A stretch of DNA of 64,000 nucleotides from Amoebidium appalachense (Eukaryota; Protista; Ichthyosporea). The notes under the pieces are model-generated. The model did not search any database. It was not told the origin of the DNA and was given only the letters and a program-made list of their open reading frames with translations. The translations under genes and the position numbers were made by a program. Shown one piece after another: positions 1-27,251 of the stretch. Location of the stretch: NCBI GenBank assembly GCA_963693365.1, contig CAVNZM010000011.1:8958664-9022663 (forward strand). The letters are read 5' to 3'. The first letter of the stretch is position 1. Every line of letters begins with the position of its first letter.

Positions 1-1222
1 CCGTGCAGGCAGAAAAGACCAGAAGCCACGTGACCTTGACTTGGGGTGGCGGGGGAGCCGGTATGAGTTGGATGGCCACTGCACACATATGGAGATACAC
101 GTGCACGTGGTATGTCAAAACCATAAACGTGGGATCTAATGCTTTATATATATATATATATATATATATATCGTTATACCATGCCTACGTATATACCCTA
201 GATCTAAAAGATGGCCCCTCCCCCCCCCCCCCCCCCCCCCCCCCACCCACCAACACCACCGCCTCACCGGACCCCCCCCCCCCCCCCAACCCCCCCCCCC
301 TCCCAACTCCCCTACTCCTCTCCTCCTATGTGCCCCTCGGGCTATCCACTGCACGCCACATGCCTACTTGAACATGGTACACGTTTGGCAATGTGAGAAA
401 TGTAGATGCACAAAAGAAAATTCCAACCAGGATTGGTCTGTGCATTTAAAAAAAAAAGCCTTCTGGCTTAAAAATCTAAGTGAACTTCCTGCTGAATGCG
501 CGGTGGACGAAACGAGCACGCATCCAATAAACCTAGCCAGAAAAACAGGTAAAAAAGCAAGGTGACTATGAAGTACCCTAAACTAGAATCGGGAGGTTCG
601 CAACGTGAGCACACAACCCCTACCTGTTCGGAGGACTTGGTTTGACCCAAGTGTAGAGGGTCCCCCGTCACCCCCTCCGTGTATGAACTCCGTCATGTTG
701 CCAACAGGGGTACATGCACACGGTGTGTGCGTGTGCTTGTGTGCGTGTGTGCGTTTGTGCCTTCCCCTTTTAGGTTTGTTTCAGTTTAGCTCCCCTTAAG
801 CAGGTGCGCGCGTTCCTGTGAATGAACTCTTCCGGATGTGTGCCGTATACAGCTTAGAATTTTAACTATGTTTGTACGAGAATTTGAAACCCTCGGAATC
901 GTCAGAAGAAAAATTCAAGGCTGAGTTTTCGAAGTGAGCCCTCGTCCGCATTGCAGTTGTAAGGTCCAAAAACAACAGCGGGATCTTCAACAAATAGAAA
1001 ATTAAAACACATTTCCATATATAGTTATAATTGTTAGTATCCATAAATAGGTTCTGTTTAGAGCATCGGATTGGTAGCCTTTGCGAGCCACCGTTGTTTT
1101 CACTTACCAAAAGGGGAAGGTGTTTGAGGCAGGGTTCTAACTATGCGTGTGTTGACAGGGTGCTCAATTTATACTACAAGAGTCCGAGTCACCATGCATA
1201 TTGGTGATGTTCTAACAGGAAG

Positions 1223-16410
<15,188 letters not shown>

Positions 16411-16834
16411 TTATTTGTTTTAGATTCTTCGTTTTGTCTCTTTCAGGCTGTAACGGAGTTATGTTCATAGACACAATCGTGCGTGCCCGTATACACACAA
16501 ACACGCACGCGGACGCTCACGCGCTCAGGCACACTCACACGCACGTGCACACACACGCGCACGCACGTGCACGCGCAAACACACACGTTCGTAGAGGGAC
16601 AGCACCTACCGACTGATTGAATCCAATTTGCTGCAAAATATACATTGACCATGTTGATGGATGTCTTGTGATGTAGGCTATGAAATACAACAAACTGAAG
16701 TTGGCAGAAACTGATGTCATATGTAGTAAAAAATGTACGTGACATCTCAGTCTCCCTCAATCCCTTCCCCTCCGTCTCTCTTCTCTCCTCTCCCCCCCCC
16801 CCCCCCCCCCCTTCTCCTCCCCCCTCTCTTCCCC

Positions 16835-16981
16835 CTTGGGCCCTCCCTGAGGATGGGCTCTGCTTATGACGCATACTGTGCGCATGGCTGATGTTGCATG
16901 CTTAATGTTTGCCTTTGCATGTGTCCTGCACCATGCTTCTCATCGTGTATGCGTACTTCGTACCGTGTTCCGCATTCAAAC
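16835..16981 (+). mobile_element. 5'-truncated copy of (C)n-anchored repeat, subfamily A
   Basis: cttgggccctccctgaggatgggctc...cgcattcaaac, flanked by C tracts. Matches the 5886 and 40971 copies. Confidence 0.85.
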
Positions 16982-17030
16982 ACCCCCCCCCCTCCCTACC
17001 ACACACAAATGCACGAAAGCTTGCGTAGGT

Positions 17031-17154
<124 letters not shown>

Positions 17155-17304
17155 ACACACACCGACACACACCCAGGCACACAAGTGCACACAATCCCCC
17201 CCCCCCCCCCCCCCCCGCCCTGTTCCTCGTTCTCATGATCACTTGTGTCCCCGTGTAAATCCCTCCCTCCCTATAAATTTCGGAGTTGCGATCTTTACCA
17301 GTCG

Positions 17305-17350
<46 letters not shown>

Positions 17351-17922
17351 GAGGAGTATGATAAACTAAAAGAACTTGAAAAAGGTCCTAGATTTAAAAC
17401 AGAGGGACACACACCAGGTAAAGAAATAGAACCAACAGGGCTTTCTTTTTTTATTCAAAAATATCCGTAGTACCTAAACGTCCAAGGGCGGCGGGGGATC
17501 GATACAATACGGAATCGAAATCCGATCCGTGTGCGATCGGCGATCAATCCGATCACTGCGATTGGCTAAGGCAAATTTGGCGCCAACTCCAAAGCACATT
17601 CACAAACGGCCGAATTCGTTCTGAAGTTCAGAGACAGGAACTGAAAACAACCCATTGCCCCTTGAATATAAGCGTCTAAATACGTATACACTGAAAGTTT
17701 TCCTTCTATATGTTGTATGGTTTGGTTTGGTTTGTGCACATTGTTGGAAAGCGCCAGCGTCGAGTGGTGCTGCTAAATACACCACACTCTTTGTCCCCCT
17801 TATGCTCCATTCAACCTAACAGAGACCCTTAGGCTGATGTTTCTTCTCTCTGATTGCTTTCAAATCATTTCAACAGCAGAAACACCTTAATTCCCTTCAA
17901 GCCCCCTGTGCCTTTATTACCA

Positions 17923-19155
17923 ATGTCATTGAAAATGAGCAGCGACAACAGCACTGCAAGGCTACAGCTTTTCAAAAGTCTAGAAACTAAACCCATAAGG
18001 GAACTGTGTGAAGAGGCAAACGCAGCACCGCAAGAGCTAAGGATGATTTATGGTAAGTCTACATGAAATGACCATGCATGCGTCGCTTGTGTGTAGTTAA
18101 TTGGGACTGAAGGCGGGTGTGGAGGAGGGAAGGTAGGGGGGGGAGGGGGGGGACGGGTGTGTATGTGTTGTGTGTGTGGGGGGGGGGGGGGGGGGGAGTG
18201 GAGGGGGCAGGGAGGGGCAGGAGGGTCTTGTTGGTTGCGTGACTGCTGTGATTTCGGGAATTTTGTTGGTTGTGTGTGCTTGTGCGCGTGTGATTGTGCG
18301 TGCAGCATGTGCATCTCTGGTGCATGGTTGCGTGTGCACGATCTGTTGTGTCTTGTTTCGTGCGTTACATCAAAGATGTTGTACACGCACGTATGTGTCT
18401 GGAATTCGAAGTGGCCCTTGTGTTTTTTTTGTCCCTGATAGTTCTTTTTTTCGTTGTTGAGCATCTTCTGAGGGTCTTTTTTTTTTTCAAAGGCTTTTCT
18501 GTGCACGTGGATATTTGGAATCACGGTTCCCCTAACCTCATTGCCTGTGCTTGGTTATGTGCTTGTGGATGGAAAGCTTTTTGGAGTTCATATTTCTGGT
18601 TTCTCGTTAGAATAACGTTGTGTTTATGCACATCCTTCGTGCACGCACTGGTATTTTCCCTTCCTGTTTGTATGTTAGGCTGTCTCGTTAAGCCTTTCCT
18701 TTTCGTACCTGTAGCAGTATCTAACCCCCCTCCTCCCCCCCCCCCCCCCCCAAAAAAAAAAAACGCTTCCGATCTCTCCCTCCCTCCCCAGCCCTCAATC
18801 CCCAACACACACTCACATGCACGCACGCTCACACACACACACGCACACGCACACACATGCACACACACACATGTACACATGCACCCAAACAAAACTCCCC
18901 TCTGCCTCAAGGAGTACAGTTACATTTACTTTTAACGGTGAAGCCAATTGCCCCTTCACACCTTTCCCCCTTGCCCCCCCCCCCCCCCCCCCCCCCCTCC
19001 CCCCCCTCCCCCCCCTCCCCCCCCCCCCCCCCCGCCCCCCCAAAAAAAAATGCTCAAGGCAGTTAATTGCGCTTAACGAAAATGAGCCCACTCACCCTGT
19101 TATCCATCTCCCGAAACATATGCACGTGAGCGTGCGCACGAACGCGCACATACAC

Positions 19156-19204
<49 letters not shown>

Positions 19205-19306
19205 ACATGGATACACACAGCTGCGGCCATCCAGCTTCGCCAGGAACAAGATCTTCTTGTAGACACCTTTGCCACCATGCAACCACAGAAGAAACGAGAA
19301 AATTGA
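17923..19306 (+). CDS. Putative small two-exon hypothetical protein (~71 aa)
   Basis: Exon 17923-18052 (MSLKMSSDNSTARLQLFKSLETKPIRELCEEANAAPQELRMIY) ends at a GTAAGT donor. A phase-1-compatible acceptor (cacacag) at 19220 gives AAAIQLRQEQDLLVDTFATMQPQKKREN*. No recognisable homology. Confidence 0.4.
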
Positions 19307-19784
19307 GTTTTTATGTTCCATAAATCTAGCTAGTTGAAGGTGGGGTGTTTTGGGGGGAGAGGGAGAAGGGGGGGGGGGGGGTTTAATCGTGAATGAACTG
19401 GTTATACATCACAACACCAAACGTAGAGTTAGGGGTAACTGATGCATGTATTATATAAGCCCAGAAACAAATATGTGCGGGGCATCCACAACGACATAAC
19501 GTATCATATTCTTTTGGAAGATGCAGGTAGATGTTACAGAGGGTATGCCCTTTTTTTTGATTGAAATATGTATCAGCGATATGGTTGTAATGGTTTTGGG
19601 TTTATGACAAATGGGGTGTTGACATATTGGTCGGAGCGAGCGGCCAATAAATGTGCAATGATGATCTTCACTCCGATATCAATATATGAATTCATGCCTC
19701 GAAATGCCAACCTTAACCTTCATAAAAAAATATACATTCAGAGGCCATAAAGCGCATACCGTCTGGTGAGGCTTCATTTATCAT

Positions 19785-19840
<56 letters not shown>

Positions 19841-20726
19841 CATACAGTGTTCAGGTGTCTTTTTGGAATGCACTTGCTATTATAATGAACTCATGAAGTC
19901 TCAAGTTGCCTCCAAAGTATGCAGTGCATGCATACATACACCTCCATCGGTTGAATACTAGCCAAATAAAAAAACTTTGGGGAAAAAAAGGCTTCATTTC
20001 CATATGTACTATGAACTTGCTGGCCGGGAAGGAGGTATATATCTTGCTGGTGCATATTCATAGTCTTATTTTTGCTTGTAAAAGCTTGTAATATTGTTAA
20101 CAAAATTAAGTTATAATAGTGATGCGGCACCTCATCACAGCATGTAACCATTTGAGTCATATATTTTACGGTACCCCCCCCCCGGGCCCCTCTCCCTCCT
20201 CCTCCCCTCATGGCCCCCTGCCGCTGCTCTTCAGTAACTCCGAATCATGCACGTGTACGGGCTTCCATATATGTTGCTTTTCCAACCCAGGCTATCCGTG
20301 TATTCCTCGGTGATCATTTATGTACTATGATGCACATACCTGGGCCGCACCCTCCAGCCATGACTGACAACCCTCCATGTACTCATGTGTCATAATTACA
20401 AGCACATGCATATATATATCTATACAGAGCCCCCCCTCCCTCTCCACCCCCCCCCCACCTCTCCCCCCTTCTTTCCTTTCCCCCCTTCTCCAGGGGATGT
20501 TATTCGGGGACGTCCTCGGGTGTTATAATTACTACTGTAACAGTGCATGCACATGGGATCCACACTATGATAGTTATGCATAGGCAAACTTGGACGGTAC
20601 TGTATGATACAGAACATGCATTGCCAACTGAACTCAAATTAAGGATCTTATGATCAAGGCGGGCTTGCAGGCAAGTGGGAGGGAAGGGGGTGGAGGGGGC
20701 GGTGGACTGAGAGTGGTGATGGTGGT

Positions 20727-20763
<37 letters not shown>

Positions 20764-20803
20764 ACCGGAGAGGGGGGTGGGGGGGGGGGGGGGGGGGGGG
20801 GAA

Positions 20804-20840
<37 letters not shown>

Positions 20841-21578
20841 GCTAATACTCAATGCTCTGAGCAACAAATAAAGGGTGGCGGTGGTAAGCTCAGACATATT
20901 CCTCTCACTACATAGAAGAGATAAGCTTGCACATGCATACTGACGGTCACGGTTTACTAAACTGCCAGGTATATATGCCAAAGTTTCGTCTCTAGTTGTG
21001 CCAGCGTCTTGTTTGCATGACATCATATGCATGGCGAGATCTATGAACAGACACAGATGCCGTACGCCATTAGAAATACCCCCGCCTTCAAGTGGGGCTT
21101 TTTAAATGAGAATTTGCACCATGTCCACATTTTGTTTTGAGTGGGAGTGGGGGGTGGGGGTTAAGGGGGCATATCTACAACAATTTATGCACGTGTAATA
21201 TCACATGTACACTATGGCATTGCTCGCCTCTAATCATTGCCCTTGCATACACGGTCTGTAGCTATGTCGCCGCCGAAATTTTAGGCATTATGTCAGTTTG
21301 ATGTGATCACGAGGTCTAACTTACCATCCTTAAGGCGTCAGAGTAGGCAATTTGCTTTGCATTTATAGTGTACTCTCCTTTTTCTGATATATATATATAC
21401 ATATCCGAATCATATATATATAATGATATATAGATATATATTTTATGTGACCAGGGCCAACGCAAAGATCAACAGTGTTTCCGCTTAGGAACATTGATGC
21501 ACAGCGCCGAAAACAAACAATTCGAGCAGCGAGATCATCAGTAACATTTCTTGGTGGGGCTGCGGAGGGGGATGGGGG

Positions 21579-21623
<45 letters not shown>

Positions 21624-21772
21624 CTGCTGGCTAATGGTCGTTAATTGTCAACTGCAGCTGTGAATGCTTATGGGTGGGTAAGCATGTGTGTAGTGTACAC
21701 TTGCAGTGCACACATGTGAACATATGAATGCGAATAAACACACAGCCCGGGTTTTGTGTTTTTTTAAATTTG

Positions 21773-21812
<40 letters not shown>

Positions 21813-22029
21813 CGATGTGTGTGCAATCGAATGTAGCCCTGCATCTTAACTGAACGGTAAAAACTTGTTCGACTGTGAACTTGAACGAACAACCAACCGG
21901 AGACATCACAACACAAACATGATGATTGCATAGTTGTACTTAGTTCCTAAGTAAAACAGCATGCATATGCCCTTTTGTAGCCTGCTGGTTTTGTCCGACT
22001 CCATAGGAATTCATGTTCGCCTGTGTGAC

Positions 22030-22124
<95 letters not shown>

Positions 22125-22699
22125 CGGGGGGGGAGGGGATGGGTAATTCCCCTTGGGTGTTAAATACTTGCGTTACTTCCAAATTCCCCTCCCCTCCCTC
22201 ATCATTCACACCGGTGAAGAACGAATTCATAAAAGAATTTCAAAACTCGGAAAAAAAAGAAGAAAAGAAAAGAAAGCCTCCAGAAAGAAAAGATAATGAA
22301 CCGCGCCACATGAAAGTTTAACACCAATTAACTCTTTGTACACTACTAGGCTTTAAATGTCCCCCCTCCCCCCCCCCCCCCCCTCCCTCCCCCCCCCCCC
22401 TTCCCCCCCCCCTCCCCCCCCCCCCCCCCTTGCCCCCCTTGGGATGCAGGCAAGACTTCGACACGCACGTGAAATTTGCGTGTGACACAAGTGCAACTGA
22501 CATGTACATGTGTGTGTGTGCGATATTAGACTAAGTGAATGTGCGTAAGGGTGTGTGTGTGTGCACGTGTGTGCGAGTGTGTGTGACTGTGTGTTTCCTT
22601 GTATGTAGCGGGATTGCCTGGCTTGTAGATGTATTCTTCGATATATTTTTGTGCGTGCGTGTGTTCATTTTTATTTCTGTTTGGCGCGACGGGCCCTAA

Positions 22700-22776
<77 letters not shown>

Positions 22777-22884
22777 CGGGGAGATCTCCAGAGTGGGGAG
22801 AGGGGGGAGGAGAGAGGCCCGGGGGAGAGATGTTATGTGACTGTGCGAAAGTGGTCAGGCTCCAAAAAGGGGCAGGCAGCTGAG

Positions 22885-22956
22885 CGGGGTGCAGGGACTC
22901 GAACCCGCGCGCACCGAGACGCTTGGTGAGGCGCCTTGACCGCTCAGCCACCCCGG
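22885..22956 (-). pseudogene. tRNA-like sequence (Leu/Ser-type pseudo-tRNA or tRNA-SINE head)
   Basis: Minus strand reads CCGGGGTGGCTGAGCGGTCAAGGCGC...GCGGGTTCGAGTCCCTGCACCCCG. It has an A box, a B box and acceptor pairing CGGGGT/ACCCCG, with TTTTT at 22868-22864. The anticodon arm is short and unpaired. Confidence 0.7.
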
Positions 22957-23325
22957 ATCTCCGTTATGAGGTGGATATGTTATGACTCCTATTTGAGCTT
23001 TCGCCTCGCTCCTGATTGGTCCTTGGTGAGGGACATTAGCCTTATAGGGCTATTTGGGTGTAAGCCCATTCGCTGTTATGACCTGGATAGCCAGGCTGGG
23101 TGAAGCCTGGCAGATCACACTGCACATCAGGACAGTGTGGGTCCATAACAAGGGGAGAGGGGGGGGGGGGGGGGGGGGGGGGGAGGAGGGGGGGGGGGGG
23201 GGGGGAGGGGGGGGGAGGGGGGAGGGGGGGGGAGGGGGGGGGGGGGGGGGGGGGGGGGGGCTCAGGCCGGGGGGAGGGGAGCTGTTCACATGCATGATAT
23301 CGATACCTGCAATAATTCTGTGTTC

Positions 23326-24143
23326 TTGCTTCATTCTGATTGGTTGTCACACCACGGGGTTTCCCGATTGTTCTTCCAATGATATTTTCTATCACTATCG
23401 ACAGTTCTCCAACATTAGAACAGAAAACGGTTTATACCCAGATGGCCAGATGGCCAGATCAAATTCAGTGTGTGAAAAGAGGTGGATAAAACGGGATAAA
23501 ACGGGGAGTCAAAATGATCTAACCATCTGGCCATGTGGCCATATAATAGCAAATCACTAGCATGTAAGACACTCACTGCCACCACTGGGGGGCCGTGGTT
23601 CCGGCAGCAGGGGGGGCAGGGGGGGCAGGGGAGGCACACGTGCAGGGGGGCTGGGGGGGGGGGGCAGCGCTGGGGGGATGCCACCACTGGGGGGCCTGGT
23701 TCCGGCAGGAGGGGGGGCACACGTGCAGGGGAGGCAGGGGAGCAGGGGAGAGACTCACTGCATGAAAAAATGTTATGTATGCATATGGCCAGGCCGGTCA
23801 CGTATACTAAGAGACTCCACTGGGGGCCTGGTTCCGGCAGGAGGGGGGGCAGGGGGGCAGGGGGGGCAGGGGGGGGGAGCAGGGGGGGGGGGGGGGGGGC
23901 ACACGTGCAGGGGGGCAGGGGGGGGGGCAGGTTTTTTATGTGGGCTTGTGCTTATGGCAATGGGTCGTAGATTTCACCCTGTTTTTGCAGGGATTGCCAG
24001 CATTGGTTTTGCCCTGGCAGTACCCATTTTGGTATAAACCGTTTTCTGTTCTAATGTTGGAGAACTGTCGATAGTGATAGAAAATATCATTGGAAGAACA
24101 ATCGGGAAACCCCGTGGTGTGACAACCAATCAGAATGAAGCAA
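23326..24143. mobile_element. Foldback/MITE-like element with perfect 113-bp terminal inverted repeats and nested smaller elements
   Basis: 23326-23438 is the exact reverse complement of 24031-24143. Inside is a nested IR, cagatggccagatggccagatca/tgatctaaccatctggccatgtg (23439-23537), and three ccactgggggg..ggttccggcag repeats. Confidence 0.75.
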
Positions 24144-24144
24144 T

Positions 24145-24532
24145 ATTGGGATATTCGGGTTGGTTGTAAGGTTTTCGGGTCGGGCCGAAGGCCCTAACGG
24201 GCCGCAGGCCCGCTTATTGGGCCGCTAGGCCCTAGGCCTGGGGCCCCGGGGACCGGGGGCCTCCCCCACCCACGCGGGCCACCCCCCGGCCCGGCCCGGC
24301 CCGCGGGGGCCGGAGGGGGGGGGGGGGGGGGTTAGCAGCGGCTGCTAACCCCCCCCCCCCCCCCTGGGCCCCCGCGGGCCGGGCCGGGCCGGGGGGTGGC
24401 CCGCGTGGGTGGGGAGGCCCCCGGTCCCCGGGGCCCCAGGCCTAGGGCCTAGCGGCCCAATAAGCGGGCCTGCGGCCCGTTGGGGCCTTCGGCCCGACCC
24501 GAAAACCTTACAACCAACCCGAATATCCCAAT
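24145..24532. repeat. Near-perfect 388-bp GC-rich palindrome
   Basis: Arms attgggatattcgggttggttgtaagg... / ...ccttacaaccaacccgaatatcccaat. Centre is gttagcagc-g-gctgctaac at 24340. Confidence 0.92.
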
Positions 24533-24679
24533 CGGTCTGGAGTTCGTGGGTTGCCCCGTTCAAGTACGTCATAGTGAGGTCAGCGTGATGTAATGTGCTA
24601 TTTTTAGATCGACGTCTGCTTAATTGGGTGAACCCCCAATTTAGGTTATCCAATCAGAACGACAGAACGTTTGAGAATA

Positions 24680-25188
24680 CTCAATGCATTAAAAACCCAC
24701 TTCCGGTCCGATCCGGTCTGGTCCGACCCTCTTGGACCGCGGTCTGGTCTGGTTCGGTTTGAACAGTAGAGATTGCGCAATCACGTGGCCATGGCAGTCA
24801 TGGTATCAGGGATATGATATGCTTAACACGTGAACATGTTGGCTAATATCAATAATAAATTGACTTGGAAGACAACATGAAATTGCGTGTGTATGTTGTG
24901 TATGCGTGCGTTAACGCTGTGTGTGTGTGTTTGTGTGTGCGCAGATATTCACACACAGCGTATATGCATGTACATATGCTATATATAAATGGGGGTTTAC
25001 GCTGTTTACTCGAGGCAAAGAGAACCAGTCTCAGGTATGGGGGGGGGGGGGGTTTGCTCGGAATATCCCCTCAGCGGTATATCATGATCACGTACATAGA
25101 TGTCGGGTGGTGACTATATATCAGGGTTTACTTTCTCTACGAGACACCATAAAGACTACAAGGAGAAATCAATTAGTTGGGGTTCCCC

Positions 25189-25225
<37 letters not shown>

Positions 25226-25603
25226 TATATAAATGCATTCAATTGTCCTGTATATATCTAAAATCCTTTGATAATATGGGTGAAATAGATCATTGTAGTT
25301 ATGTCCATTCTCTCTGAGTGTTTGTGCAAATAATGCGTGATAGGATGGTGTATGTACCATAACATATGGTTACGCCAACGAAAATTGCTTTGTACTTGCA
25401 CCTTGTAGGTTGTCAACCTCTAGTTTACTACACAAGACCGTCTGACACGGCCAAGGCCACTCGAGATATAAGAGAGAACCACATTTATGTATATATATCC
25501 GAAGGCTGGGTCAGGACCGGCCGACAAGGGCCGTGACGGCTCGTCCGGTGTGGCCTCTTGGACCGCGGTCCAACGGGCCGGACCGAACCGCTAATGCATT
25601 GAG
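24680..25603. mobile_element. Possible non-autonomous DNA transposon (12-bp TIRs, subterminal GGTC(C/T)G repeats)
   Basis: ctcaatgcatta (24680) / taatgcattgag (25592-25603), and ctcttggaccgcggtc near both ends. No clean TSD. Confidence 0.45.
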
Positions 25604-26041
25604 AATGCCGTAGCCAACCCGGCTGCCAGGTGCGACCGGCGAGTGGCCGACCGGGTGATTCGAGTCTTCTCCTGTTACAGGTGCCTGTACCGTCTAAGAA
25701 GTAAACGGGCTTTTGGATATTATGTAAATCAGGAAAAAAATTCGTTCAAAGTAAAACCAGAAATCAGTCCTTCTTTTTTTTTTTTTTTGCTGATGTTGCT
25801 ACATAGAACTAGTATCTCGCGAGTGGGGACTGCCCGGCCCAACGCCTCCGTTAACGTTTGTAGGGGCCTTGCACCGACGTAGGGTCACTCTGCCATCTCA
25901 TGAACCATGGATTAATACGATAAAACAATAACCAATGATAATATCAAGGTGTTTCCAAGATTTTCAAGCGTCAAACCGACCTAAAATGAAAGGGGAACTG
26001 CTTGTACTGTAGTGGGCAGCCCGCGGGCAGCCCCCCACGCA

Positions 26042-26148
26042 ACTACATTCTTTCGTGACTACATTCTTTCGTGCCGCGTTTTATCCAATTACAATTTGTT
26101 CGTTTGCGCGTTTTGATTGGTAGAAGTGATCTTCTCGGAACTATATAG
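26042..26148 (+). promoter_or_regulatory. Candidate promoter of the Cys-repeat gene
   Basis: 16-bp direct repeat actacattctttcgtg x2 (26042-26073) and TATA-like ctatatag (26141-26148), about 60 nt upstream of the ATG. Confidence 0.4.
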
Positions 26149-26204
26149 TCAGCTCAAAATCGTTTCAAACCACATCAGTCACTCTAGTTCATCTCAACAG
26201 CAAC

Positions 26205-27146
26205 ATGAAGATGCTTTCAACCATCGCTCTCTTCACCACCCTCGTGTGGTGCGCGGCAGCCGCTCCCATGGGTCGTCCTCCTTCTTCAGGAGCCAATACG
26301 GACGTTTCAAACACGGACATGCCCGGTCGCGGCGGCCCAGGCGCCGGCCGCGAAGGGCCATCCGGGATGATGGGTGCAGCCGGTGGGCCTGAAATGGGTG
26401 GGCCTATGGGCATGCATCCTCACCTCAACATCAGCAGCGAGTGCCTTGCCGCCATCAACACAACATGCAGCGCATGCCCCGCACCTCCCACAGGCGGTCC
26501 CATGCAGCCGCCCTCTGGGGACGGTCCGCGCCGCGGTGGCCACGGACACGGGCCTGCACCGTTCAACAACACACAGATGAACACGTGTTTTGAGTGCATG
26601 CAGACACACAGCGATGACCTCATTTCTGCCGGCTGCGACCACCTCAAGTGCCCTGCCGCCATTGCGGCTACCTGCCCGGACTGCCCACGCCCAGGTGCAA
26701 ACGACAGCTGCCGTGCTGTCTGTGAGGAAAACCGCAACAGCACGGAATGCAGGGAGTGCCGCGACAAGTGCCGTAAATGCATCGACGAGAACACAGACGA
26801 CCTCATTGCTGCCGGCTGCAAGGAGCTTGCTTGCGCAAAAATCATCAACACCACATGCCCTGACTGTGTCCCCGATGATAAATGCCGTGCTGCATGCGAT
26901 TTGGATCGCAACAGTGGCGAGTGCACACAGTGCCACACCAAGCGCACGGCATGCGAATCGTGTCTGACTGAAAACAATTCCACTCTGGCTGATGCAGGGT
27001 GCCCCCGGCCCCACGACCCCAAGGGGAGTGACTTCGACATGGGTGGTGATATAGGAAAGGGTGGTAGGGGTGATATGGGTGGTAAGGCCGGTGGTATGGG
27101 TGGTATGGGTGCTCCCATGCAGGGTGAAAATGCACAATCGCAGTAA
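26205..27146 (+). CDS. Intronless secreted Cys-rich repeat protein, 313 aa, unknown function
   Basis: Clean 942-nt ORF with signal peptide MKMLSTIALFTTLVWCAAA. Three repeats of C-x3-I-x2-TC-x2-C...C-x2-C-x7-L-x2-AGC, Gly/Pro/Met-rich termini, and several N-x-S/T sites. Confidence 0.88.
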   Translation: MKMLSTIALFTTLVWCAAAAPMGRPPSSGANTDVSNTDMPGRGGPGAGREGPSGMMGAAGGPEMGGPMGMHPHLNISSECLAAINTTCSACPAPPTGGPMQPPSGDGPRRGGHGHGPAPFNNTQMNTCFECMQTHSDDLISAGCDHLKCPAAIAATCPDCPRPGANDSCRAVCEENRNSTECRECRDKCRKCIDENTDDLIAAGCKELACAKIINTTCPDCVPDDKCRAACDLDRNSGECTQCHTKRTACESCLTENNSTLADAGCPRPHDPKGSDFDMGGDIGKGGRGDMGGKAGGMGGMGAPMQGENAQSQ

Positions 27147-27152
27147 ATGTTG

Positions 27153-27251
27153 GGGTTTACGCTGTTTACTCGAGGCAAAGAGAGACCAGTCTCAGGTATG
27201 GGGGGCTTTTGCTCGGAATATCCCCTCAGCGGTATATCAAACCCTAAACCC
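27153..27251. mobile_element. 99-bp hairpin insertion with 7-bp TIRs and apparent 9-bp TSD; partial second copy at ~24991-25084
   Basis: Ends gggttta.../...taaaccc, flanked by taaatgttg at 27144-27152 and 27252-27260. Confidence 0.6.

Noticed and set aside
1-700. Possible minus-strand exons of a gene divergent from gephyrin (splice-like sites near 78, 367, 435, 531, 623)
   Set aside because: No stitching gave a recognisable or convincingly open protein; these may be UTR exons of a gene outside the window.
26307-27178. Long antisense ORFs (276 and 252 aa)
   Set aside because: Shadows of the GC-rich sense gene, with no independent features.
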